This document shows positions 22,624-34,754 of a DNA stretch of 64,000 bases, piece after piece. The number at the start of each line of letters is the position of its first letter. Position 1 is the stretch's first letter. The translations under genes were made by a program, and so were the position numbers. This DNA comes from Selaginella moellendorffii (Eukaryota > Plantae > Lycopodiophyta), in the NCBI RefSeq assembly GCF_000143415.4, contig NW_003314340.1, forward strand, positions 193,141 through 257,140, in the 5' to 3' direction. Below the pieces are notes generated by a model that was not told the origin of the DNA, made no database searches, and saw only the letters and a list, made by a program, of their open reading frames with translations.

Positions 22624-24765
22624 TTACTTTTTAGCAGGTTTAGGACCCACTCCTCCAGCAAGCTCGTATACTGCTACTGCCACATTTGCTGCGAGCTCGT
22701 CCGCTAGCTCTTGAGTTTCAGCTTCCGCATATACTCGCACCACGTCCTCCGTTCCAGAGGGCCTCACAAATGCCCGACCTTTGGTAAAATTCTCTGCAAA
22801 GACAGCTTAGCAAGGAGAAAAAACATATTTTGCAGAAAAGCCGGACTTACCGACTTCCTTGTCAATCGCAGTTTGGAGCTCCGCTGGCCTGGACACCTTT
22901 GTTTCGGCATTTGTCGTGGTGATGCATGTCCGGTCCTTGACTTTCACCTGAAGAAAACGAGAGAAAAATCAGCCTCTCAAAGCCTCAATCGGTAAGTTGC
23001 GACCTTCAGCTGCCTGCTTGGCACGTCCTCGTACAGAGCATCCCACTCCCGGACATCCCACGCTGAATACGTGAGGACCACCTCGACCATCAATAATCCA
23101 CTGATTGCATCTCCTATAGCTTGATTTACCATCTCGCTGACTGCAAGCAATCTTTTGCAGGCTCGCAAACGACTGTTCACTGCAGTCACAAAATGCTTTT
23201 AGCTGCCAGAAAGAATATCAGCAACTTACGAATTTCACTGCTGGCGGACTCTCGCCGAAGAAAGTCCAGGAAGCGTTCGCTGAAGAGAACGGTACCGTGC
23301 CCGTTTGCTTCGAAGTACACTCCAATGTCGAGCTTCTCTGCTTCTTCATGGAGATACTTAACACCTGTCGGGGTTAAGACAACCTCAAGTCCGAGAACTT
23401 CCTGCAGATATTTGGTTGAAGATCCATTTGCATACGCTGTCTGTACTGCCCCCAAATTCACCCTTCCATACCCTGGAATTATACAGTCTTTCTCGGAACC
23501 CATTAGTGCTTCAAGTTGTTGCTTCAAGAAACGTGCGAACAGTGATAAGATCTTGTCCCCATCCAAAAGGTGGAAAATTCCATCGCCGGATACGTAAAAG
23601 TACGCCAAGCGATCTGCATCGCCATCAACAGTCACACACCTGAAAAGGAGTTAAACAACGAACAGAAACATTTAAAAGTTCACACAAATACCTTCTGTCT
23701 GAATCCGCGGAAGCAGCAAAACCTGCGGGAAGGACTTTTTCCTTCTGCACAAAATCAGCACCAACAAGATGGTTGAGCTCTCCCTCCCCAGAATTCCGCA
23801 CCTCCAAATTCAAGTCCTCGATAAGCATTTGCAAATCAAGTAGCTTTCTCGCACCAACACCATTCGCACCATCGACAACTATGTCTAGGCATCGAGGTAC
23901 GGCCGGCTTACGAGGATTGAGATCCAGTAGCAATCTGAAAGCAAACAAAGAGAGCTCAGTAAGCACGCATTGAAAGTTCCATCTTTACTCACTTAAAAGC
24001 TTCCGAGAGTTTGGTATAGTAAGCTAGCTCGTTTACTTGTGGCTCACCTTTGTTCGTAGCACGAACCATCCAGTGTAGCTGGGGAGTTGTCAAAACTCCC
24101 ATGTTCACAGGAGCTACTCCCATCGCTTCAATTCCCTTCCATCACAAAAACAAAAGTAAGAAGAAGAAGAAGAGGACAAAGCGAGAAAAAAAACTTTAAA
24201 CTGACCTTTACAGCAGCGGCAACCAAAGCCTGGCCACTCGGTCTAGTATCTCTTGCAATCAAAACTTTTCCTTTCCAATTTTCGTGGACGCTCTCGTTCT
24301 TGATAATTGTCTCCACAACCTGTGACAATTCTTCAACACAAAGAGGAAGAAAACGAAGAATCCATCGTGACTTACCTCCAAAACATCCACCGCATTGGCA
24401 ATATCTTCGGCGAATGGCTCCCAATTCCTGGCGAGCATACCTCCGGACGGATCCACCATCTTAACTCCATTGTCCGTCGCCTGGTTGTGCGACGCGGTGA
24501 TCACCAATCCAGTCGCCTTGCCCGTCACCAGCGACCTCAATCCAGCCAGGACCCCGGCCCGGAACGCGACCGATCCCAGCACCGACGCCTCGGTGCGAAA
24601 TCCGGAAGTGCCATACGAGAATCGCAGCCCTGATCGAGCAATACATTAGAAAATCCCGCCCTCTCAACCCGACCAACCGATCGATCGATCCATCAGTAGC
24701 AAACCTGGATATTTTGGAAACGCGAGCGCGGCATTGTGGAGACGATGGCGCCATCTCTCCGCCAT
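22624..24765 (-). CDS. Phosphoacetylglucosamine mutase (AGM1/PGM3, DRT101-like), multi-exon
   Basis: [42 protein letters not shown] and [21 protein letters not shown] at 24765, stop at 22624; exon limits approximate. Confidence 0.93.
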
Positions 24766-25377
24766 GCTCTAAGCTCCGCTGGCAAAACCCTAAACCTAAG
24801 CATTCGTTAAAAGAGAATAAAAGAGAATAAAATCAAAAGATCCTTTCATTCCAAAAGTTGGTGTATCAAACCTTGTCGTGCTTTAATTTAGCGACTGTAT
24901 TATTAATCAAATTCCATGCCGCATTAACATAATGTTCTTGCGCAGCACGGCAGAGAAGAGCTATCCATGATTAGAGTGGGACAAAGGCCGTACCACAGAG
25001 TTCCTTTTTCTCCACCAAAAAAATGGAAAATATATCCCGTATAATCTTTTCGCCCTTCTTTACTCATTTTTTGCGCGCAGTGGCAAGTTGCGTCCCAGCG
25101 CACAGCAATTTGTCTGCTGCTAGAGTACTTGATCGTGCAAAAATTTCCACTCGCGAGCCAGAAGATCATCGATCGATGGATCCCTTCACCACTAGGTAAA
25201 ATCAATCGAGCCCGGAGATTGATGATCTAAGCATTTCCTATACATCGATGCCAAATCCAGTGACGCATAACACTCGCAAGCCTTTATCCTCGTCCCGGCC
25301 AGATCTGGGCGATTAGTGATCTCAGTGCAAACAGTCCACAATACGGCCCCACCATGCCTCCAAGGGAGTGCGCAGGG

Positions 25378-25521
25378 GTATATCCACCGCGATCGGAATA
25401 TTCCACCGCGACAGGGATATTCCCTGCTTGAGTTTGGCGGGCGCACACGGGCAAGCTCTGGTCTGGGGATCGCACCAACACGTGCAGTCGCTACCTCCGT
25501 CCAAGATCCCTTTGAATATTC
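25378..25521. promoter_or_regulatory. Cluster of four P1BS-like (GNATATNC) motifs
   Basis: GTATATCC 25378-25385, GAATATTC 25396-25403, GGATATTC 25415-25422 and GAATATTC 25514-25521, between the divergent AGM and bHLH genes. Confidence 0.55.
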
Positions 25522-27050
25522 ACTCCTTAAGAAGATTTTTCTCTGGTCACTTTCTCTCGCGGCATGCTTTTCTTTCCACTTATCAAAACTCTTTGGAAAA
25601 GTTTGGCTATGGAGCTTTGACCCGGCGTTCCCGCCTTCCTACCGTGACGATCACTTATACAAAAATTAGGGTTTATAAAAAAAATCCATCACCCATGTTA
25701 GCCAAACCAGATGCCCGATCTGTTGCTGTCAATGACTTCTCTCTTTCTCCAATCTTATCCCTCGAGATCCGTTCGTCCCGGGGAATCGAACCCTCCCCAC
25801 TCCCACCTTGCCGTACGCGTTCCAGGGGCGTACGAAACCTTGCCCCGGGTGTTCCCGCAACCCGGAACAAGGGGCATCAATCGTCCTGGAGGATGGAATC
25901 TACTCTCCATTCTCTGGCGGATTCGCTCTCGTTGTTTAACCGGGAGCTTAAAGGTGGGTGTCCAGTTAGCGCAATATTTTATTTGGTGGCCGGGCCAATC
26001 ATCGTCTCTTTCCTCCATAGCGCTCTCTCTCTCTCTCTTTCTCTTCCATTCATTCTTCTTCTTCTTCTTCTTCTCCTTCCACCAGAGCGCTACTTGCAAA
26101 GCCACCTCTCAATCCCTCTTTTTTGTGACTTGGGACTGCCACTGGCGCTGGCGACCGCTGGCTGGGAGTGTGTGATTGGGATGATGACGGCAGCGATCGA
26201 TGATTCGCTTGATTGGCTGCCCGATTTCCCCGAGAATCGTTCGCTACCGGGCAATGCATCATCCATCCATCGCCCTCAAGCACAAGGAGATTCTAGTGTG
26301 TTGCGTTGCGCGCGCTCATTCCTAGTTCTTCCTTGATTCTCTTCTTCCAAGAATTTCTTTCCTCGTTCTCAGCTTCGTCGTTACTGTGCTGGGCAAGTTG
26401 CAAGCTTCCAGAGCTTCGATTTCTCAGATCTTCCCACTCCCAAAATCTCTCCTTCGTTTTATCTTCTGTCGCCCTCGCCCAAGATCTTCTGGGCAGTGGT
26501 TCCCCTCAATCCCGGCAAGAACACCTCTTCCTCTATCTCCTCTCCCGCTAGATCAATCGCCCAAAGCTCGCTCGGTGTGTTCTTCCTCTTCGCTCTCCCG
26601 CTTGTGTTCTTCCCAAATTTGCCCTTTCCAATCGATTGCCCGGACAGCGATGGATACGGCAGAGTCGCGCAGGGATCTCATCGAAGATTTGGAGCAGTAA
26701 GTGTGGGAAATTTCTCTCCTGTGGAGCGATTTCTCGTGGAAGATCTCTCGTGTGTGTGTGAGTTGTGTGCCCCGTTTTCGAGTTCCGTGTGTCCGGTGTG
26801 TCCGGTGTCCCGGTGTCCGAATTTCTCTCGCTACGTAGGCCGCGGTGACAGCGACAAGCCATCGAATTCGCGCGACCGATCCCAAATCCAATCGCCGCAG
26901 CGAAGCCGCGAGAAGAAATCTCCACGCCATCGCCCACAAAACCCATGGATCGATCGATTGGAAGGCTCGCACCTTGGTAGATCTTCCAGGAAGAAGAAGG
27001 GGGCTTTTGGTTTGGGCGCACTGGAGCGATCAATCGGCCGATCGATCGAC

Positions 27051-28745
27051 ATGGGCAGCAAGCAGCAGCAGCAAAACACCCAGCACTTCCAGCGATTGGG
27101 GAATTACAATCCCCACTCCTCGCTCGCCACCGCGGCTTCTTTCAGCTCGCCCAACAAGAAATGGATGCTCAACGCCAAGAACGATGTGGTGGAAGTGGCG
27201 CCGGACCATCTCCACCACGGCTATGGAGACCAATCGCAGTTCCAAGCGATCAATCTCTCCGCCCAGCAGCAGGGATACGTGGGCGAATGTGGGCGAGGAG
27301 GAGGAGGAGGAGGGGGAGGATCTGGAGGATCAGTGTTGATGCGCTACAACTCGGCTCCGAGCTGCCTTTTCTCCGATCTCGACCAGATTGCCAGATCTCT
27401 CAACGAGGCCGCCGCCGCCAGCGCCGCCCCTAGCGCCGCCAATGCGCCGCTCTTCTCCCCCGACGTCCTCCCGCCGCTACCGTCCGCCATGGCCGCGACG
27501 AGCAAGAAAAAGATTGGCAGCCCCACGCACAGCTCCAGCCGCTACTCCGCCCAGAGCTCCACCTCCCTGGGCATGGATTTCAGCGTCATGGATCACCACC
27601 ACCACCACCATCGCCAGCAGCAGAATGGATTCACGGGCTTGCTCACGGGAACATCTTCCAGCACTGCCGCCGCCATCGCCAAGAACACCACGGCGACGCC
27701 ATCGCCAGCACCATCGCCAGCCAATTTGACGCGGCAGAGCAGCTCCCCCGCGAGCTTGCTGTCGCGGCTGGAGATCGATCGCCAGGGGCTGCAGCATGGT
27801 AGCAGCGAGGAGGACAGCCCGCTAGAGATGCGATCGCCCATCACCGATCAAGAGATGATGGTGGCCAGCGTCTCGGGTGCCATGGATTTGGGGGCGGTCT
27901 CTTCCGTGGATTGCGGCTTCTGGGATGGCAGCTCCGCGGCGGCAATGGCTGTCCATCCCGCCGCCGCTCACCATGCCGCGGCGCAGCAGCAGCTCCATGG
28001 CTCGGTGTTCATGGGGAATGGGAATTTGGATCAAGGCGGGCGAAAGAGAATCCGGGACGTGGACATGGACATGTTGGACGCGGCGTTGGATCACAGCAGT
28101 AGTAGCGGCGGTGGTGGCGGAGGTGGTGGCGGTGGCGGCGGCGGAGGTCATGTAAGTTCTTCAAAGTTACCTCTTTCTTCTTTGTTCTTGGAGTGGTTCT
28201 CTATAGCTTTGCTAGAATTCCTTCTTTCTTTCTCGCGAGCGTCCTTGATCGATTCGATCGGATCGATCGACGTCCATTTTTTTTTTTCTTCTTTCTTCTT
28301 CTGATGGAACTTTCATTGCTTGTTTGTTTTCTAGTCCGCTGCATGCTTGATGAAACGGGCTTGCTACTGCAAGCAAGCTCGCCGGGACTGATTGATGAAG
28401 AGAGTCGGGTTAAAAGGTTGGTTGGATCTTTCTCTCCACTTTTTTCTCCCATTTTTCCGAGACTATCTAAGTTGCTGTTTTGGTAATCTTTGTTTTTGTT
28501 CCTCATGGAAGTTTGGATTCTAACGAGCTTTGTCTCTCTCCTTTTGTTTTCCAGCAGCAGCAGCAGCAGCATCACACGTTGACACGACACTTGAGCTTGC
28601 CGATCTCGACGGGGCGATCGAGTGGCGGATTGCTAGCGGCGGAGAACTTGCTCCAGGATTCGGTGCCTTGCCGGCTTCGAGCAAAGCGAGGGTGTGCTAC
28701 TCATCCACGAAGCATTGCCGAGCGTGTAAGTTGTCACACTATACG

Positions 28746-28776
<31 letters not shown>

Positions 28777-29322
28777 CAATCGCATCGATCGCTTTTAAGT
28801 TCTCCCAAGTTTCCGAGGGATCTTCGCATGCTTTTCGATCGATCGCATAGTTTTCCCGTATAGAACTTTACTTCCAGTCAAGTCTGTTTGATCGACTCGA
28901 GTTCTTCCAGGTCCGCCGGACGAGGATTAGCGAACGCATGCGAAGGTTGCAAGAGCTAGTCCCAAACATGGACAAGGTAACTTCCTCTCCTCGATCTCGA
29001 TCTTCTCATTGCTAGATCTTTTCATTCGCATCTTTGCTTTGATTTCCACGGGAGTTCTTCTATACTTTGGCTAAAGTTTCTAACAGTCTTTGGCTGTGAT
29101 CCAGCAAACCAACACCTCGGACATGCTAGACGAGGCGGTGGAGTACATGAAGTTCCTCCAAAAGCAAGTAGACGTGAGTATATCCTCCTCTTCACACACA
29201 TTGTTTAGTCTCATCGATTTTCCTCGTCCCAGGATCTCCAAGAATGCCGCGAGAAGTGCCAGGGACTTTGCAAGATGAGCCAGCAACAAGGCAAAAGTGC
29301 TAGCAATGGATCGCAACAATAA
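27051..29322 (+). CDS. bHLH transcription factor, FBH/bHLH122-130-like (subfamily IX), multi-exon
   Basis: [91 protein letters not shown]. The start codon is uncertain. Confidence 0.88.
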
Positions 29323-29873
29323 CTCCGAAGAAATCTCCTCCTGTGCGCGAAAGAGGGAAAAAATCGAAACTTTCCTCTCTGATCGCGTGAACTCGCTGGA
29401 AAGAATTGGAACAAAGTGAAGAACGAGAAGAAGAAGAAGAAATTTGTAAGTTCGTTCCAACAGTGTAACATATATCCATCCTCTTTGGCGAGCGTTGACC
29501 AATAAAAGATTCCCCTCCCGGCCGTTGACCATCGGGCGTCCATCCCGCGTTGACCGGGATCCGACGGCTGAGCTCAGTCCGGCCTCCTTCCTAGACCGCG
29601 GAGGACCACGTCTTTGATCCTTCCTTGTCCGCGCATTGTTTCTACCGCGAATAAATGCAAAGGAAGATCTTTTCTAGTCTAGGGCTCTTGGAGCGAAGAA
29701 TGCGCGTTCTTTCTTCCAATTGGGGCAAGGATTTCCTCGCCACAGGTTCGTAGAATTCACGGCTGTAGATCATAGATAGATCGACGCGCAGCGCCTGGGC
29801 AATGATTAATCAAGCGATTGATCGATAGATTGGGGGGGAATTTCTAGATCCAAGAATCCATTCCAGCGCAGCC

Positions 29874-30878
29874 ATGAACGATCTGATGAGCCGCTCCTTC
29901 TCGGGGCCGCGGAGCTACGTGGATTTGCGCCACGATCGCGACCTGGAAGCCGGCGGCGAGACGGAGATGACAGTGGTGGACTCAGAGAGAAATCTGGCGC
30001 TCTTCCTCGAGGAGGCCAACGAGATCCAGGCCAAGATGAAGAGCGTGGAGGGATTGCTCGCGCGCCTCCAGCAGGCCAACGAGGAGAGCAAGAGCATCCA
30101 CAAGGCACAGGCCGTCAAGGCAATCCGGCAACGCATGGACAAGGACGTGGAGCAGGTCCTCAAGCTCGCCAAGTCGATTAAAGCCCAGCTCGAGGAGCTC
30201 GACAAGGCCAACGCCGCCAACCGCAAGATCGCTGGATTTGGAGCCGGCACTCCCACCGATCGAACGAGAACCTCCCTGACCGCGAGCATGAGGAAGAAGC
30301 TCAAGGACATCATGGGCGATTTCCAGGAGCTCCGGCAGAGGATGAAGGGCGAGTACCGCGAGGCGATCGGTCGGCGCTACTTCACGGTCACTGGCACCGA
30401 TCCGGACGAGGAGACGCTGGAGACGATGATCGAGACCGGCGAGAGCGAGACGTTCCTCCAGAGGGCGATCCAGGAGCAGGGGCGCGGCCAGGTGATGGAG
30501 ACGATCCGGGAGATCCAGGAGCGGCACGATGCCGTGCGAGAGATCGAGAAGAACTTGCTGGAGCTCCACCAGATCTTTCTCGACATGGCGGTGCTGGTTG
30601 AGGCGCAGGGCGAGCAGCTCAACAGCATCGAGGATCAAGTCCACCGAGCTTCTTCGTTCGTGGCGAGAGGAACCACGAATCTCCAAGTCGCGAAGAAGCA
30701 CCAGAGGAGCGCCAGGAAGTGGACTTGCATCGGGATCATCATCTTGATCATCGTGGTCATCGTGATCCTGGCACCCATCCTGGTTAGAGCCAGGAACAAC
30801 AGGTCCTCGCCGTCACCATCGCCGAATCCAGTGACACCATCGCCGCCACCACCGGTGGCGCCGCCGCCACCAACTTAG
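29874..30878 (+). CDS. Plasma-membrane Qa-SNARE syntaxin, SYP12 group, intronless, with a Pro-rich C-terminal tail
   Basis: MNDLMSRSF, DRTRTS, RRYFTVTG, ETFLQRAIQEQGRGQV, ELHQIFLDMAVLVEAQGEQL, then a TM helix. Confidence 0.94.
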   Translation: MNDLMSRSFSGPRSYVDLRHDRDLEAGGETEMTVVDSERNLALFLEEANEIQAKMKSVEGLLARLQQANEESKSIHKAQAVKAIRQRMDKDVEQVLKLAKSIKAQLEELDKANAANRKIAGFGAGTPTDRTRTSLTASMRKKLKDIMGDFQELRQRMKGEYREAIGRRYFTVTGTDPDEETLETMIETGESETFLQRAIQEQGRGQVMETIREIQERHDAVREIEKNLLELHQIFLDMAVLVEAQGEQLNSIEDQVHRASSFVARGTTNLQVAKKHQRSARKWTCIGIIILIIVVIVILAPILVRARNNRSSPSPSPNPVTPSPPPPVAPPPPT

Positions 30879-31195
30879 CTTGCTCGATCTGGTGTAAAAA
30901 AACAACTATTTTCCGTTAAAGTTTTGATTTTGGATGCTTACCAGATGAGTTCCAGCTTTTGTTCGATCGATCCCATCCAAGATAACAATTTCTCTTTCCA
31001 GCAAAGTGCTAAAGTTTCGAGTTGCCCCACTCTCTCGTAAAGTGTTAACTTTGCTTGAAAGCCTTCCCATCGCCGCAAAGCTTCACTCGATCGATCAAAC
31101 TGTTTCAAAGTGTGAGAGAGAATGGCTAGAAAAGTTTTAGATCACGATGGCGTACCTTTTCTCTTTTCTCGCTTTCTCTTTCCTTGTAAAGTCTT

Positions 31196-31752
31196 TCACG
31201 AGTTTGGAGCGTGAAAGCCGATAACTCCCCGCTTCTCTCCCGTGCCGAGGCAGCGCGAGCAATACGCAAGCCCGGATCCCCGGCATTCTTCACACCTACG
31301 AAAGAAGGAAGAAGAAGAGAGAGAGAGAGAAGATCAAACCATGATCGTGATGATCCAGCGGAGAACAAACCATTGCGGCCAAGCTCCATCGGGTAGCATG
31401 ACGTGTTCTATACAATTGGTCCGACCTGGACGCATTGCGCTATCGTCAAAAAAAAAATTAAAACTTCCCCTTTCATGTCGCGAGATTCTTCTCTCATTTT
31501 TTTCTCTCGATCGTGAGCCTATACCTCGTCCAGCGCATCTCCAGCATTTGACCTTGCGATGGCCACGGCAAACCTCGCAGCAGGGCTGAGGAATCGGTCG
31601 CGGCTGCCGCTTGACATTGGCCTGCGAAGAAAACGAGAGATTATCGCAAGAATGCGATGGATGATCGAGCGCGCTACCTCCGTCTTGACGATTAGTACGC
31701 GCTTGGGCAATGGCACCCACGGATTGCCCATCACGGTCCAGTCCCCAGCCAT
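31196..31752 (-). CDS. Small DnaJ-type zinc-finger protein (DNAJE1-like, no J domain), spliced
   Basis: Reconstructed exons give CEVCRGHRKVKCWRCAGRGRTN...MLPDGAWPQWCEECRGSGLAYCSRCLGTGEKRGVIGFH (four CxxCxG-type motifs). The start is uncertain. Confidence 0.75.
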
Positions 31753-31853
31753 CGATCACTAGAACCCTAATCTTGCCCAAATGAAGAACCCTAAATCTTA
31801 ATCTTTGGGCTTACTTTAGCCCTTAATTAATCTTTCCTTTTACCTTTAAAGCT

Positions 31854-33890
31854 TTACAAAGCTTCCATCAATATAACACACCATTGCTTCTCCTTCTCTC
31901 CTTCGCAAGCGTCGAAAACCTTGGCTATGGTGGTGCCAAGCTTCGCGTCTCTCAATCCCTGGAGAAGCATCCTTCTCGCAAATCTAATGGCCTCTTCCAC
32001 ACGCCCGTTCTGGGAAAGCGCGCTCACGATCACGCTCCAGGACACAGCGTTCTTCACCGCGATCTTGTCGAAAGCCTCTCTCGCCTCCGCGCAGCAGCCA
32101 CAGCTCCCATACATCTGGACGAGCGAGTTCCCGACGATGACGTTCGTATCGAGCTTCTTCTCCACGGCCTGGACGTGGATTTCTTTCCCCCGATCCAAGT
32201 CCCTGATGTTCGAGCAGGCCGCTAGAACAGCGACGTAAGTCACCTCGTTGGCTCTCGTCCCCGTCTCCTCCATCTTCCGGAACAGATCGATCGCCTCTCG
32301 AGCGCTGTCGTTGCGAGCACACGCCGTGATCATCGTCGTCCATGTCACGACGTTCTTCCTCCGGATCCCCTCGAAAACTCTCCTGGCATCGCCCAAGCTT
32401 CCACACCTCCCGTAAGAAGTGATGAGCGAGTTTGCGACGTCGGCGGAGCTGCTGCTGTATCCCAGATAGTAAGCTCGCCGGTCGAGCGAATTCACCTCCG
32501 GGAGGCTCGAGCAGGCACCGAGAGCCGCGGCTAGAGCGACGTGATCCAGCTTGATACCTTCCAAGTCCATTCTCCGGAAGATCACCAGTGCCTGCTTGAG
32601 CTGGCCGTGCCGAGAGAACGCCGAGAGCATGCTCGTCCAGAAGAGAAGACTATCGGATGGAGCTCTTTCGAAGACGGCCTTTGCGCTGTCGAGACTTCCA
32701 CACTTGCTATACATGTTGATCAGCCCCGCCCCGATGCTTTCGCTGGATTCAAGCCCGCTCACGACGACGTGACCATGGATCTCTCGTCCGTCTTCGAGCA
32801 AACCAGCCTTGGCACACGCTGCTAGAGCCGAAACATACGTGATCTCGGTCCTCTCCACGCCTACAAATTCCATCTTCCAGTAGAGCTCGAGCGCCTTCTT
32901 CGTGTAGCCGTTCTGGGAGTAAGCCGCTACCATCGAGTTCCACACCGCAGGGCTGCGGTGTTTCATCGAGTTGAAGACCCGCCTCGCGTCTTCCACGCTT
33001 CCACACTGCCCATACATGCTGATGAGCGAAGTTCCCACGGCGTTTAGATCCAGCCCGAGCTCCTGGAGCTTCTCGTGGAGATTCTTCCCTTCTTCCAGCC
33101 CCTGGATCTTGGAGCAAGCACCGAAGATGGTGGCGAAGGTGATCCTGTCGCCCTCGAGACCCTGCTCGAGCATCTCCACGTAGAGCTCCACTGCCTGCTT
33201 GAGATGCCCGAGCTGGGCATAAGCTCCGATGATGGAGTTCCATGAAACCACGTCCCTCTTCTCCATGGTGTCAAACACCCAGCGCGCGTACTGGATGTTG
33301 CCACACTTGCCGTAGAGCGCGATGAGAGAGTTCTCGATCTTGGCGTTGAGCTCTAGATCCAAATCCAGCACCGCGGAGTGGAGCTTCTCCCCTTCGGCCA
33401 GAGATTTCACCGCGCAGCACGCTCGCAGCAAGCTTATGATCGTCACTTCGTCCGGCTTGGTCCCTTCCAGCTGCATCCACCGGAAGATCCCCAGCGCCTG
33501 CCAGGAATCCCCATTCTCTACGTAGGCTGCGATCATGATGCTCCACGAGTAGAGATTCTTCTCGAGGATTCTGTCGAACACCGCGCGAGCGTCGTCCAAA
33601 TGCCCGCATTTGCCATACATCTGGACTGTAAGATTTCCCAGAAACGTGCCCTGGTCCTGCTCCCTCTCCCGGAGCTGGGAGTGGATGCGCTTACCTTGCG
33701 CGAGGTTCCTCGTCCGGCTACATTGCCGGAGAAGCTCCGAGTAGCGCGCGATCTCGATCTCGCTGAATTCCACATCCTCCGAGGCGGGGAGCGCAATCTC
33801 GTGCTGCTGCTGCTGCGCACGAATCGAATCGTAGAGGAATCCTCGGCGCTTGCCCTGGAAAACACCGGCATGGGGCACGAAATACGCCAT
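31854..33890 (-). CDS. PLS-class PPR protein lacking E/DYW
   Basis: 678-aa intronless ORF of P-L-S triplets. Confidence 0.9.
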   Translation of the reverse strand: MAYFVPHAGVFQGKRRGFLYDSIRAQQQQHEIALPASEDVEFSEIEIARYSELLRQCSRTRNLAQGKRIHSQLREREQDQGTFLGNLTVQMYGKCGHLDDARAVFDRILEKNLYSWSIMIAAYVENGDSWQALGIFRWMQLEGTKPDEVTIISLLRACCAVKSLAEGEKLHSAVLDLDLELNAKIENSLIALYGKCGNIQYARWVFDTMEKRDVVSWNSIIGAYAQLGHLKQAVELYVEMLEQGLEGDRITFATIFGACSKIQGLEEGKNLHEKLQELGLDLNAVGTSLISMYGQCGSVEDARRVFNSMKHRSPAVWNSMVAAYSQNGYTKKALELYWKMEFVGVERTEITYVSALAACAKAGLLEDGREIHGHVVVSGLESSESIGAGLINMYSKCGSLDSAKAVFERAPSDSLLFWTSMLSAFSRHGQLKQALVIFRRMDLEGIKLDHVALAAALGACSSLPEVNSLDRRAYYLGYSSSSADVANSLITSYGRCGSLGDARRVFEGIRRKNVVTWTTMITACARNDSAREAIDLFRKMEETGTRANEVTYVAVLAACSNIRDLDRGKEIHVQAVEKKLDTNVIVGNSLVQMYGSCGCCAEAREAFDKIAVKNAVSWSVIVSALSQNGRVEEAIRFARRMLLQGLRDAKLGTTIAKVFDACEGEKEKQWCVILMEAL

Positions 33891-33964
33891 AGCCGGGAAG
33901 AACCCTAAAAAATCTAATGTGACCGTTAAGTAAAGTCGTCAACTTTACCCCTCCACTTCAGTGC

Positions 33965-34340
33965 ACAGGTTTCTCTTCGATTTCTCCTCTCTTCCATGGC
34001 GCGCGTCGGCTCCACGGTGCTGGAGCCAGAGAAAATCGGTGGCCTAGACGGAGATGGTACGACAGTGATGATCTTCGCAGAAATCGACGTTCTGGCTGAT
34101 AGAGCGAGAATCAGGCCAAAGGACAGGATAGAATCACCATATCCAGCGCGTTTTCCATGGCAAGGAGATCTCCAATTGCACACACGAAGTAGACGCGTGC
34201 CAAGGTCCAGCTGATCTGCCATGTTTTTACGGTGACTGGTGTTCTTAGCAGCGGATCGTTTGATGTTGTTCTTGCCGATTGGTTTTCTGTTGCCGAAGGG
34301 GCAACTCGACTACATGATCCACGAAGAATGCGAGGTAGAA
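33965..34340 (+). pseudogene. Fragmentary copy of the unknown gene at 41015-42126
   Basis: Shares segments such as CTTCGATTTCTCCTCTC, GACAGTGATGATCTTCGCAGAAATCG, AGAATCAGGCC..GGACAGGATAGAAT and TGGCAAGGAGATCTCCAATTGCACA with 41230-41930. Confidence 0.75.
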
Positions 34341-34754
34341 ATACTGAGCATTCGGTACGCAGCCTAAGCATATAGGATATAATCCTTATATCAAGCAACA
34401 AGCTGTGAGTCCTGGCAGGGCAGCTTTCAGAGCTCCTAGGCCTAAGGCCCTAGGTCTGCGTGCATTATGTGTTCTAATGTGGAGTTGACCTTACTGCGGA
34501 AAAGCAAAGTTAATTTGCTCGTAGGCCAATGGTGGCGAATCGTAGATAGGAGACTTGAGAGAGTAGGATCTTGAGTTGCATAGAGTTGTCAAAAAAGTTT
34601 AGAAATAGTACTGAAATCTTACTGCATGAGTGTACGACCAATGGCTTTCCCCAAAAGGAAAAGATTGTACTCGTAATGGTTTGAAACGAATTGAAGGATT
34701 GTATCTACAAAAACAGCAAGCTCCCAGAAGTGCTGTGTGGGGCGAAAAAGAGCG

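Noticed and set aside
26496-27050. N-terminal part of the 602-aa ORF
   Set aside because: Non-ATG start and low-complexity UTR/intron-like sequence; the plausible CDS starts at 27051 and is spliced near 28150.
30790-30878. Extensin-like Pro-rich tail on the syntaxin as a novelty
   Set aside because: Pro-rich C-terminal extensions are known in SYP12-group syntaxins.
20399-33908. Numerous antisense ORFs over the PPR, bHLH and syntaxin genes
   Set aside because: Shadow ORFs of GC-rich coding sequence with no recognisable motifs.
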